From the NCBI GenBank assembly GCA_001179505.1, contig CDMY01000423.1:1-64000 (forward strand): a stretch of DNA of 64,000 nucleotides, written 5' to 3'. This document shows, piece after piece, positions 11,366-22,879 of the stretch. The DNA is from Vitrella brassicaformis CCMP3155 (Eukaryota > Protista > Chromerida). The translations under genes were made by a program, and so were the position numbers. Each line of letters begins with the position of its first letter. Within the stretch, counting starts at the first letter, position 1. The notes below the pieces were generated by a model. That model did not search any database. It was not told the DNA's origin and saw nothing but the letters and a program-made list of their open reading frames with translations.

Positions 11366-12320
11366 AGGGTGAGCGGCAACAGGCAGAGCACTGCATCCAT
11401 CGCCCTCACAATACGAGTGTGTGTGTGTGTGTGTTCAGGTCGTGTGTCGAGCCAGTCGTGACACAACAGCACCGTGCCGTAGCACTCACATCCCATCCGT
11501 CTGTGTGTGCGTCTGTATAGCTGTGTGTATGTCTGTGTGCATAGAGGGAGGGTGCGTCGGTGTGTACCGCATGGCTGCTTCGTCGATGGATGGATGACTG
11601 GATGGGTGGGTGGATGTGTGCAGACACGGCGTGCCTGCAGTCCTGCGTCTGTGCGTCTGTTTGCCGGCAATTAGCAGCAGGGAGTGAGGAGGTCTTACAG
11701 GACACATTTTTGCCAGCATTTTGCCCAACTGTTGGCAAAATGTGTGCCTATTGTCCTGCTCGCTTTCTGCTGCTGCTCAGCCGACCCTCTCTCCCTGTCT
11801 CTCTGTCTGGAAGCAGAGGGCACACTGCCGGCAGACAGACGGACCGACGGGCTGCATGTCGGCGTGATGGGTAGAGTGTTGGACGGATGGATACCTTCCT
11901 GTCTGTCTATGTTGGATTGTGCATATGTCAGTCATCTCATGTCAGTCAATGTGAGCAAACCAAGGGGACGCATCACATGAATCGCTGCACGAGGTTCATC
12001 CAATCATCCAATCGACCACCAGTCAGTCAGTCATACGTTCCTTCCCCGCTTGCACACGAGCGCACGCACCCATTCATCCATCCATCCATCCATTCATGCA
12101 CTGCACACAGTGAGTCGGCCATACACACACCGTCAGCCCCTCAGAGAGATGCGCTAGGATAAACCACCCAGCCAACCCTCTCATGACCGATGCAGCAATC
12201 CACCACCACCACCACCGTCCCGACAACAGTGTCTGTCATCCTTCTATCTATTTCTACCCCCATACTCCCACAGAGGGCGGCCTCTCTGCCCACACCCTCA
12301 CTCCTCGATCCATCCTTCGG

Positions 12321-15300
12321 TCACTCGTCGTCCTCCCGCTTGCGTTTGTTGGGTGAGCTGGCGGTGCTCTCGTTGGGGCTGTTGTCTAGCTCGTCCATCG
12401 ACATGTCGTCGATGTCAGGGGTGGCCTCTGCCGCTGCCATGGCGGCACTGCCGGCCCCGCCCTGCTGCTCCTGCTCCTGCTGCTCCTGCTGCTCCTGCTG
12501 CTTGCGCGCGAACTTGTCGATATCGGCTGCAGATACACACACACACACACAGGCGAGGGAGGTATGCACATGGGTATTATCTATGTGGGCGCGTGTGTGT
12601 TTTGTGTTGTGTTGCGTTGCGTGCCTTGCTTGAGGGAGGTGTGGGCCAGCCACTCCGCATCCACTTCGCGGTCCTTCGGGGCACTGACACGACACGACGA
12701 CAGACACACCACGTGTGAGGATCCATCCATGTGGCTGCTCTGCGTGTGTGTGTGTGGGGGATTATTCACCGATAGTCCAATCCTAGTTTGTCGAAGATGT
12801 CCTTCTCCGTCAGGCAGACCTTCGACGGGCCGACCTCATGCTGCAAACAAACAGACAGAGGGCAGGAAGGACATCATCCATCCATCCATCCATCCAATGA
12901 GTGAAGAGGTGAGGTGTGCCATGTGTGTGGTGTGTGTCGCTTCTCTTGCCTTCTCCCTGCCGACACGGGAGACGGGCACCAGGCCGTGATCGCTCAACGA
13001 GTGACCCTGCAGGACCGTGCAGCGTGCAGGACAGTTGTGGCTGTGGGGTGTGTGTGTGGGTGTGTACCAGTTTGTGTGCGTAGAGTCTCATGCTCATGTT
13101 GAAGTGCTTGGAGCCCGTGAAATACAGAATGGCAAACGCAGGCTCACGACGCTCGTAGAGCTGACACACGCACAGAGAGAAAGGAAGGAACACGCCAGTC
13201 ATGACCCTGTGTGTGCCTCTGTGTATGGCTCCTCAGTCACTTTGATGTCGATGCGTCTGTGAAGGCTATCAGGTCCCGGCAGCCGACACACACCCATGTA
13301 AGAACGACTCGTGTGCTGACGGCCCAACACACCACACACACAAGCGTATCTCTCGCCCGCTCTCTCTCTCTCTCTCTGTGCGTGTGTGTGCGCACCTTCC
13401 TGGCCCCCTTGTGTGTGTGTCTGTCGGTGAGGTCGTCCGTCAGGAAACCGCTGGAGTGCAACCTGACGCAACCACCCGCAGATTGGGGCTCCCTGCCTCT
13501 TCGTGGGATGTGGCCCCTTCCATCAGACTGACTCGTTCTTGATGCGCGTCAGCTCGTCGCCGGGCAGACTGTCGTCCTAATCGATCAGTGCACACACGCG
13601 TAAGGTGACCGACACATCACATTCGCCTGCCTCTTGTGTTTGGGTGTGTGGCGTACCTTGGGGAAGAGAATGATGTCCACGTCGCCACACGCAGGTTTGC
13701 CCCTGCAAACACACACACACACAGACAGATGGATGGATGGATGGATGGATGGCAGCCAGCGTGTCTGGTGGCTCGCTTGGCGTGTGTGGCTGCTTGCCTG
13801 CGGTAGGAGCCAGCACAGGTGAGGTCGTAGGTGTTGGGGTATAGCCGCTCAACAGCATCACGCACCGTGGCTACGATCTGCACACACAGGGGGCATCCTT
13901 CTTGTGTGTGTGTGTGTCTGTGTGTGTGTGTGTATGCGTCGTGTTGAGGTGTTGACCTGGTCTCCTTCAGCCCGGGGGATCTTCTGCGAGAACTCATTGT
14001 GGTACTTGACGCAGATCTGATGACATCATCACACGACATCATCGTGCAGATGGCCGTGTCTCTGTGTCTGTGTCTGTGTCCCTGTGTGTGTGTGGCTGAC
14101 ATGCAGACATACCCGCTGATTGAGATTGAGCAGCTCCGGGCGCCTCGCTAACTCCTCCACTGAGCGAATGCCTGAATGAACAGGTTGCAACACACCAGAC
14201 AGACACACCACACACACACACAGATGTGAATCTGCCTGAGCTCATCTGAGTGAGTGAGTGTCTGGATGTTTTCGTACCGTGTACGTTGTAGAGGTGGTGG
14301 GCGGTGACGTTGCCGATCCAGTCGACAGCCGTCAGCTTCTGCACCACTGACAACTTGGGGTCGTTCTGACAGACAAAGACACACACACACACAGGCACAG
14401 AGGGAGAGAGAGAGAAATGAGTGGCCATTGGTGTTCTCACGCACCTCCAAGTTGGTCAGACGGCTGATCTGGCCGCTCCTGATGAAGTCCACAAACTGAG
14501 TGTAAGGCAACACAGCACAGCACAGCACACCACAGCACAAGATGACATATATCGACACACGCATCCATCCATGGCTCAGCGTGAGTACCTTGTCCCTTGT
14601 CTTCTTGGACCTTCCGTCCTGCAACCACTTGAGCTCGGGGCGATCTGCAGCCAACCAGCCACCCATCCATCCATCCAGCCATCCATCCAATCAAGCGACC
14701 GAGTCTCTGTCTGTCTGTCTCTGCGTGTGCGTGTGACCGATCGAGGTCTTCCATGGTCTTTATCTCAAATTTGAGGCTTCTGAGGCGACTCGCCACCTGA
14801 CGGGCATTCCTCTGACGAAACTGCCATTGCTGATCGATGGATCAATCCACAAACACACATACACGTGCGCCCCGATACCTCGCCGCCTGACGCTGTGTGT
14901 TGCATTTGGGGGTACCTCCGTCCGCTCGGCCTCGTACCACTTCTCGAGCCTCTCAAACTGATCTATCAGCGCCGCATTGAGACGCCCACCCACAGCAGCA
15001 CCTGCACCAGCCGACCTAACAAAAATGATCCGGATATTTTTGTGCGTGTGTGTGCATGGTAGCTGTTGTGTTTGGCTCACCCGTCGTCTTGTTTGGGCTT
15101 CTTCTGGCACGCGAATTTCTCGCGCTTGGCGAGTGTGCGCACCTGCTGCTTGGTCACATTCACCTTCTGGTCCTCTGATGACCGCATACACACCCACCCA
15201 ACACGCACAGTCCACACAGCCGGTGTCATGACCGGCGCATGGGGGTCGTGTGTGATGTGAAGTGTCTTACGCAGTATGGGCGGCAGCACGATCTTCTTCT

Positions 15301-16064
15301 TGACACGTGCGGCACCCGACTCGCCAACACGCACCTGCACACGGAGATGCACATGCGCCCATACGTGAATTTGGGGCCAGCCATGCTTGTATGGGTGTGT
15401 GGAGGTGTGTACCTTCTTGTCTACGTGGGATTCCCCCTCCCCCTTCCCCTCGGTGTTGGTGTTGGGTGCCTCCAGCCAGGTGGGTGTGAGTATCTTTGGC
15501 ACGTACATCAAGTCCGACTGCCGGCAGGCCTTGCCGAACGCGTCAGACACCCAACGATTCTCTACCAGCCTGACGCCACACACACACCCATCCAACCACA
15601 CACAAGTACACTCAAGTACACACACATGCCATGCCAGTGTCCATCCGTGTGTTGTGCACACCCACACACAGCCATCAACACATACCAGGGGAGGCCCTGC
15701 TCATGCAGCCACTTGACGAAGGCGACGGGAGATGAGGAGCAGCTGGAGGGAGGGGGGCGGGGGATGGCGGGGTAGCGCTCCAGCAGCTTGGTGGTGAAGA
15801 AGGGCTTGAACTTTTTCTCGGCCCAGCCCTCGCTCAACACGATGTGTGTGGCGTCCGTCATGTCCTCGGTGATCTCGCCGCCGTTCTCTGGGATGCGCCT
15901 GGCGAAGATTTGCCGCCGGTGGTGGGTCATGTTGCTGCCCTCGTTGTGCAAATACACCCTGACGCAGTGCACACAGCAGAGCATTGTGGGGCTGGCTGTC
16001 TGTGTTGTGTGTGTGGTGTGTTTGCTCACTTGCATCCCTCAAAAATGGTGGTGTTGGTGATCAT
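12321..16064 (-). CDS. X-family DNA polymerase with N-terminal BRCT domain (Pol lambda-like)
   Basis: MITNTTIFEGCKVYLH BRCT start; spliced GSYRRGKPACGDVDII and RRIDIK (three catalytic Asp); AILYFTGSKHFNMSMR; acidic/Q-rich tail. Confidence 0.92.
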
Positions 16065-16337
16065 TGTTGTTCGTCAGCCAGCCTCCTCCTCTCGCCGATA
16101 GCTCGGACACGCAGCCGCCAACCACAACCTGTGGCCAAACGTGACGCAGGTGTGAGGGATGAGAGTGCCGCTGGCTACATCGCATCTCATGCCCTCTTAC
16201 CTACATCCCAGCAATCGCGTGACTCTTCCTTCCCTTGAATTTCTCTCCTTCAACAAAAAAAAAAATTCTCTCCTTCTCCAGCGATCGCCAGACTTCCCGG
16301 CGAGCTTAGAAAAGGTGTGCACCGTGCGGCTCCTGCG

Positions 16338-18380
16338 ATGAATGCTACCAACAACACAGATCCTGATGACGTGCCATCGACCCGCGCAACAACTCCCATC
16401 TCGTCAGCCCACAGGTCAGCAGCGAAGGATGGTTGCATCCATCCCATCTCGCCTGTGCCGGAGTGTGCCTGACTGATCTGCTGTGTGTCCATCAGGGGCA
16501 ACCGACACCATTCTCCCAATGTGTCAATGACTGTGACGCCGGTTGGATACGGCCATGTGCGGGGAGGGAGTGACTCATGCCAGAGGCTGTCGGGGCGGAA
16601 GAGGAAACGCATGTCCGCGGTACACCAGGAGGATGAGAGAGACTGTCACTGTCCTCACGTCATTGTGGCTGGTCTGTCGTCTGTGTTCACTCATGCAGGT
16701 CGAGAGGTTCTATCCCATCCGACACACGCTCTTCTCGCGTTTCGATCAAGGTGCGATGGAGGTCCTGCAGTCATGTGTGTGTGCACAGCCGCCCGACCTT
16801 TCAGTATGCATCCGATCCACTGGATGACTTTAGGCATCCAGCTGGCTGATGACGAGCAAGATGACGAGATGTGGTATTCCGTCACCCCTGAGCCCATCGC
16901 CCGCCAGATCGCCTCTCGATGCAAGACGCCCAATGGCATCATTTTTGACGCCTTCTGTGAGTGAGAGCGGGGCGCTCACAGACAGGTGGTCGCCTCTACC
17001 TTCTTGTGGTCAGGTGGTGTGGGCGGCAACGCCATTCAGTTTGCCTTTGCGGGTGATTTCGTGCTGTGCTGTGACGTCGTTGCTGGCCGCCTCGAGATGC
17101 TCAGAAACAACGCACGCGTATACGGTTAGTCAACAGAGAGGTGGAACACATATGTATGCGTGTGTGTCGGTGTGTGCACACAGGTCAGTCAGGTGGACTG
17201 GACTTAATCCATGCCGACTTCAGGACACTCAGACTGAGGCCTGGTGTGGATGGAGTGTTCTTGTCACCCCCATGGGGCGGTCTGGGCATCAGCAGTGCCG
17301 CACCTGTCTACAGCATGGGCAGCATGGATGCCGGCAACATGGTAGCTAGGGTATTCATCACGCACGGATGACGCGTGTCATGGATGTTTCAGTGGTTGTG
17401 GTGTGCAGGACGGCGTTGAGATCTATCGGTTGGCCCGTCGCATCTCCCCAAACATCGCTTATTACCTCCCTCGCAGCACATCGGTGGACGACGTCAAGCG
17501 CATGGCCAGCCTCACGACAAACAATGGCGTCGCGACATCGCCGCGCCGCCTGCACGTGGATCTGCATGTCTGTCGCGACACATACATAAGTGGCGCCAGC
17601 GGGCCTCGCGACTGCAAGAGCGGGAGGAGCAGGGAAGTCGTGACCTTCGATCACCTTGCTGCCGGTGATCTCTCCCCTCACCCACCAGCTGATGGCCACG
17701 TGCAGGTGACAAACAATGACGAATGGCGATGGAAAGTCACAGCAGTCACGTGCTATTTCGGTATGAAGGAATCGGGCAATCGGGGCCTGCACACATCACT
17801 TTGTGGTGACTTTTCTGCTGAGCAGGTGAGTATGCGCGTCGTGTCTGCAACAGTGGCCCCTTAACTGTGGAGGATGCTCTTGGGGATTTAGTCCGTGATG
17901 TGGTCCGGGTGGTGGGCGCTGACGTGCTGACGAGAGGCGTCGGAGTCAAGATGCCGCCGGTACCAGCCGACTCGGTCGACAGCGCACTGCTGGCCAATAG
18001 ACAGGTGTGAAGACGAACAGATAGCTCACAGGAGCCTCCTTTCATCTGTATGTCTATCTGTGTCTCTGTGTCTACAGGTGCAGCTACTGATGCGGCAGAC
18101 GGCATCGCGCCTCACTCACTGCCTACCAACCGCACCTGCAGCATCGTCAGACGCCCTGCCTGATGTCAGCGAGCGAGATGCGAACTCTGCTTCTGCTGGC
18201 GATGACGGCGTTCGTGCCAGAAAACGACCGCGGGTGTGGGAGGCTCTGGGGGCGAGGCTGCTGGCGCGGAGGAGCGGGATGAAAGAAGCGTTTGCCTGCT
18301 TCACCGAGGTGCAGCAGAGGCTGCGCATGATGTGGCGGAGGAGGCGGAAGCTCAGACAGACAAAACGTGACCTGACGTGA
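16338..18380 (+). CDS. TGS1: Trimethylguanosine synthase (RNA cap hypermethylase); ends uncertain
   Basis: WYSVTPEPIARQIA, DAF-C-GVGGNAIQFA (SAM motif), DGVFLSPPWGG, SPNIAYYLPR, VTCYFG. Confidence 0.9.
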
Positions 18381-18525
18381 CGGTGAGCGTGTCGATGAGG
18401 TATTGTATTTTGTTTATATGAATGTATGTGTACATTCGCGCCGTCGATTCCCTCATCGCTCAATCCGCTGACCGACTGACTCACTGACTGACTGTGACAC
18501 GCAAAAGAAGGAGTCTGTGCGCGAG

Positions 18526-20397
18526 ATGAGGCTGTCACTGCCGCTCACTGTAGCTCTCTGCCTGCAGCTATGGCTGGCCGTGACGTCTGTCGGCAAGCAA
18601 CAGCGGCAGCAGCCTGTCCCGGTGGCTCTGATTGACGAGGAGGAGGCTGCTGAGCCATCGGCGGGGGAGCTGGCCGAGATTGAGGGCAACGCAGGCGGTT
18701 TGCTCGAATCAATGACGACAGGCATCGGCACTGAGGAACGGGTAGGCAAGAGAATGATGTTGCCTGCCTGATTGATTCGACATCACTTGTGTGTCTCTTG
18801 AATGTGCGGATACATAGGCGCTGTTGGCAGCGGCGCAGAAGGAGGTCGCCGAGCAGGAGAAAGAGCAGGCAGCGCAAGAGAAGGAACTGGAGCAAAGTGA
18901 AGCACAGGAGGAGCAAATTGAAAAGGAAGTGAGATACAGACAAATCAGCCAGCCAGCCACTCATGCGAGCGAATCAATCATCTCGCTGCATGTGCGTGTC
19001 TCACAGGAGGACAAGCCGGTATCAGGCCTCATCGCCCTCCCCGACTTCCGACAGCTTGCAAGACATCATCGCCTCCGCACCGCCCCGCCGAGAACAAGAT
19101 ACGACATCGAGGCAGCCAAAGAGAAGGAGGAGAGACAGGAGGAGGCCAAGTACGCGAGGCAGTTTGGCGAGCTGATGCAGAGTGAGGACAGACAGGAGGC
19201 TGCCGCGGAGGAGAAAGAGCAGCAGCAGTCGAGGGCCAACAGAATGTCGTTTCGGCAGCTCCAGCGTCCGGTTGAGGGCGGCTTTCTTCGGATCAACTCT
19301 GCAGAGAAATTCTGCCTCGGTGAGGAGAGGATGAGAGGGAGACATGCGCATGTTAATCTGTCAAGGCGCACGAATGCATTCAGGTGACGACATCCTGGAG
19401 GCATACGGCCGCGGGAGGTAGTGTTCACTGACACCGACACTGTTCACTGACACTTGGCATCTCCCTTGCAGTGCGTCGCCCTTCATTGACTTCGACGAAG
19501 CGGAGCAGCGGTGTGCCGCCGATGATCGATGCAGTTTCTTCACTGTCGACAGGGAGAGCAACCGGACATGGATCTGCAAAGGTGTGTGTGTTTGGTCGGC
19601 GTGCACAGAGTGGATTGACGAACGTGTGTGTGTGAATTGTTCAGGGGACGGCTACTTGTCGCTCGAGCCGTTTCCTTCTGCAGTGGTCGGCGTCAGCCCA
19701 AAAGAGCTCGCCGTCGACAGGTCTGTCTGTCTGTCTCACTCAGTCACCATCGACGTCCACTGTGCGGCTGATGGGTGTATGTCGTGTCTCTTTCCAGGTA
19801 TCGCGTTGTGACCAACATGCAATCCATCTGCCAAGGAGCCAACCTCAGTCAGCCTCAACCAGTGTCTCGGTGCTCGTGTCTCTCTCTGACGTTAGTGTGT
19901 TGTTATGCAGTCGAGGAGAGGCGCAGCACAAGCCGTTCGACAATCGACATGGAAGAGGCCGCCAAGACATGTGACAACCTGCCAGGTATGAACACAAATC
20001 GCTTCTTGATGCACACATACATGCATTCGCTGCTCTGCAGACTGCACCCATTTCACGATCAACTTCAGCGGCTCGACTGCCATGCCAGCACCCCACACCC
20101 TCATCCAGCACGTCTACTTCTGCGCCGGCGACCCCATCGGCGCGCCAAACGACAGTTTCGTCACAGCCTCTCGGAGAGCCAGTCAGTCACACACACACAC
20201 ACACACAGAAAGGGGTGTGACCGATGGATGCCATGTGTTGGCGTGTGCGTGCAGCGCATTACGTCCCCGGTGCGCCTGGTGGTGCGCCGCGACCTTTGCG
20301 GCCCCGCCCCCTGCCGTGTATGGGCGTGCCTCTGCAGCTCAGAGGGCCCGTCGAAGACTCACGCGGAGGTAAAAATCAAGAGACGGGCTGCGTATAA
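18526..20397 (+). CDS. Secreted protein: signal peptide, E/Q coiled coil, two Cys-containing apple/PAN-like repeats
   Basis: MRLSLPLTVALCLQLWLAVTSVG signal; charged helix; EAEQRCAADDRCSFFTVD...WIC and EEAAKTCDNLPDCTHFTIN...YFC from spliced exons. Confidence 0.65.
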
Positions 20398-22129
20398 ATA
20401 AACGAGTGTGTGTCTCCCTTTCTGTGTGTGTGTCAGTGTACAAAGCTGGCTCGATCATCCCCCCCGACATCAACGTTGTCTACCGAAGCAAAGAGCACGA
20501 GTTGCAAGCCGCAACAGAGAAAAAGGGCAAAGCCAGCAGCGCGCACTGACGCCATGGATGATGCAAGTGACTGACTGATCATGAGTGTCCATTCCGAAAT
20601 ACACTCTGACCGCGAGCACTTACATGTCTGTTTGAGCTGATCCATCCATGCAATAAGCACGTACGTCACAATAATAATTGTATATGCGTGTGCGTAGCCA
20701 TCCCTCCACGCAGGAGAGAGCAAGCTGCTGTGGATGTGTTGTTATGGGGTTGGAGGCAACATTCTTTTCGACATGTGCAGACAGATAAAGTGGAAGAGAA
20801 CTTCTCCTGCAGTACGTATGTTGGTCAGTTTGTCTTCACATCAAATGTACGTGTAGACGTGTGTAAGCAACCAACCAGACTAAAACAAGTCCCGTCTGTG
20901 TGTATATGTTTTAGTCAACATTGAGCACACACTCTCATCCACGACACATGCATTCTCCCCTGACTGACTGACTGACTGACTGGACGCACACTCACTACAC
21001 TGACCGGCGAACACTGTAACCAGCCATCCATCCATCGAACACACACAAAAGACAGTTATCCATCCGTTTGTCTGGCTTTGCTCACACGGAGACGATTGTC
21101 GATAGATGATGCGCTGGGCTGGGTGGCTGGGCTGCTCGAGACGGTGGACGGGTGTGCACGAGCTGGGACACTCGCAAACACAGTCAGACAGACAGCACAT
21201 GGACTTGAATGTGTGTGTTTGTGTGTGTGTCAGCTTATCTGTGTGATGGAGTGAGTGGGTGGAGATTTGTCTCCAGACGCTCGCATGGATTTGCCGGTCG
21301 ATTGCTGGGCGGGGTTGTTGCTCTACTCACTCCATCTGCTGCTGGTTGATACAGACACACACAGGGAGAGACCACATGCAGTTGTTTTGTTTGGCCGGCT
21401 GGCTGTCTGGCTGTCTGTCTGTCGCACCCATTCATCCATGAATGCACTGCACACAGCGATGTTGGAGTGAGGCTTGACTGACGAACGATGTTGGTGTGGG
21501 CGTGCAGAACAACGATAGCTCTGCAGCAAACACACACTCACACAGACATATGAGTGTTTGCCTGTCTCTCTCTGTTTGTCTTTGTGCTTGACTGACGGCG
21601 CTGAGTGAGTCGTCGAGGCGCTCGTGGACGGACGTCAGCTCGGCCGCTGTTGTTGTTGCCTGGGCTGCTTGAGAAGGTGACGATCGGGATATAAGATGCA
21701 GGCAGAGATGTCAGCGTGTGTGTTCTGTTCTTGTGCGCTTTCTTCTCCCTTCTCCTGTTGTGTCGCTCCTGGGGAACGAGACACATATCGGGCACAGCAG
21801 CGTGTGTGTTGTGTTCTTTTCGTGCCCTCTCTTCGTGTGCCCTGTCTACTCCCTTCTGTGTCTCTCCCGGGGTCCGCGTCGCTTGCGGGGCCACCTGTTT
21901 GTTCTGAGGAAGGACACACATATTCGGCACAGCGATGAGCGCGTGTGTGTTCTGTTCTCGTTGTGTTCTTCCTTTCTTCTCCCTGTGTCGATGCTCCTTG
22001 GCCCGCTGCTTGAGGAGGTGAGGTGGGTGCAGTGTGGCGTTGGACCAGACGGGAGAGGCGAGGGAGGGAGGAAGAGACGGACGGATGGGAGAGGATGACT
22101 CAGTCAGTCAGTCAGTGGACTGATCGGTC

Positions 22130-22738
22130 GATCGTGTGTTTGTGATTGGTAAAGGACTCGCGATCGGCGGCCGATCCCATACACTCACACAACGTACAGA
22201 ACCAACACACGTACCGTATATAACGATGTACTCTGTCTCTCAACCGAACAGACAAAAACAAAGCCCTACGTATCGCATGTTCACCAATTGCTAAATCGGG
22301 CGCGAGGCTGGAGCGAGCTGGCATGCCTGCCTTTCATGTCACAGGGCCTCGCTTCTCCTGTCATGGAAGCCAACTGACGACATGACGTTGTGAGGCACTC
22401 AAGGACGCTTCGCATGCACTCAGTGACTGTGTGGCTCTGTGTCTCATTATGACTTTGGTCTGGGTCCGTTATGAATTGTGTCTCGTTGCTCGCCAATTTA
22501 TCGTTGCAGCGAGACACGAGGCGTTTGTACGCAATGTACAAATGGAAGCGCTCAATTTGATGTGGTACGCATATATGTGGTCACGGCGGGCGCCAGCCAA
22601 GCGCCTGCCGTCTGTCTGTTTATACCCTCCGACCGCCTCCTGTACGTTGGGGTCGGCAATTTTCAAATTGTCATTTCTGTGCACGGCACTCTCCTTTGAC
22701 ATGACTGGTTGGGCCATGCGCCTCTGAAACGTATGCGG
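22130..22738. repeat. ~600-bp direct repeat, copy 1
   Basis: Collinear with 25698-26276, with long identical blocks, e.g. tttgtgattggtaaaggactcgcgatcggcggccgatcccatacactcacac. Confidence 0.92.
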
Positions 22739-22879
22739 ACAACTGATTTTTTTCTAGTATCAATGTGTGTATCATCAATGTGTGTACGTATGTTTGACAC
22801 CGAACCATACCTGACACACACACACACAGGCCAGGCTGACTGGTATGCGCTTCCTCTTGGTGTCTGTGGCGTGGAAGCA

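Noticed and set aside
20430-22100. Possible minus-strand spliced gene downstream of repeat copy 1
   Set aside because: Some splice-like sites and short ORFs are present, but I could not assemble a coherent frame or find homology.
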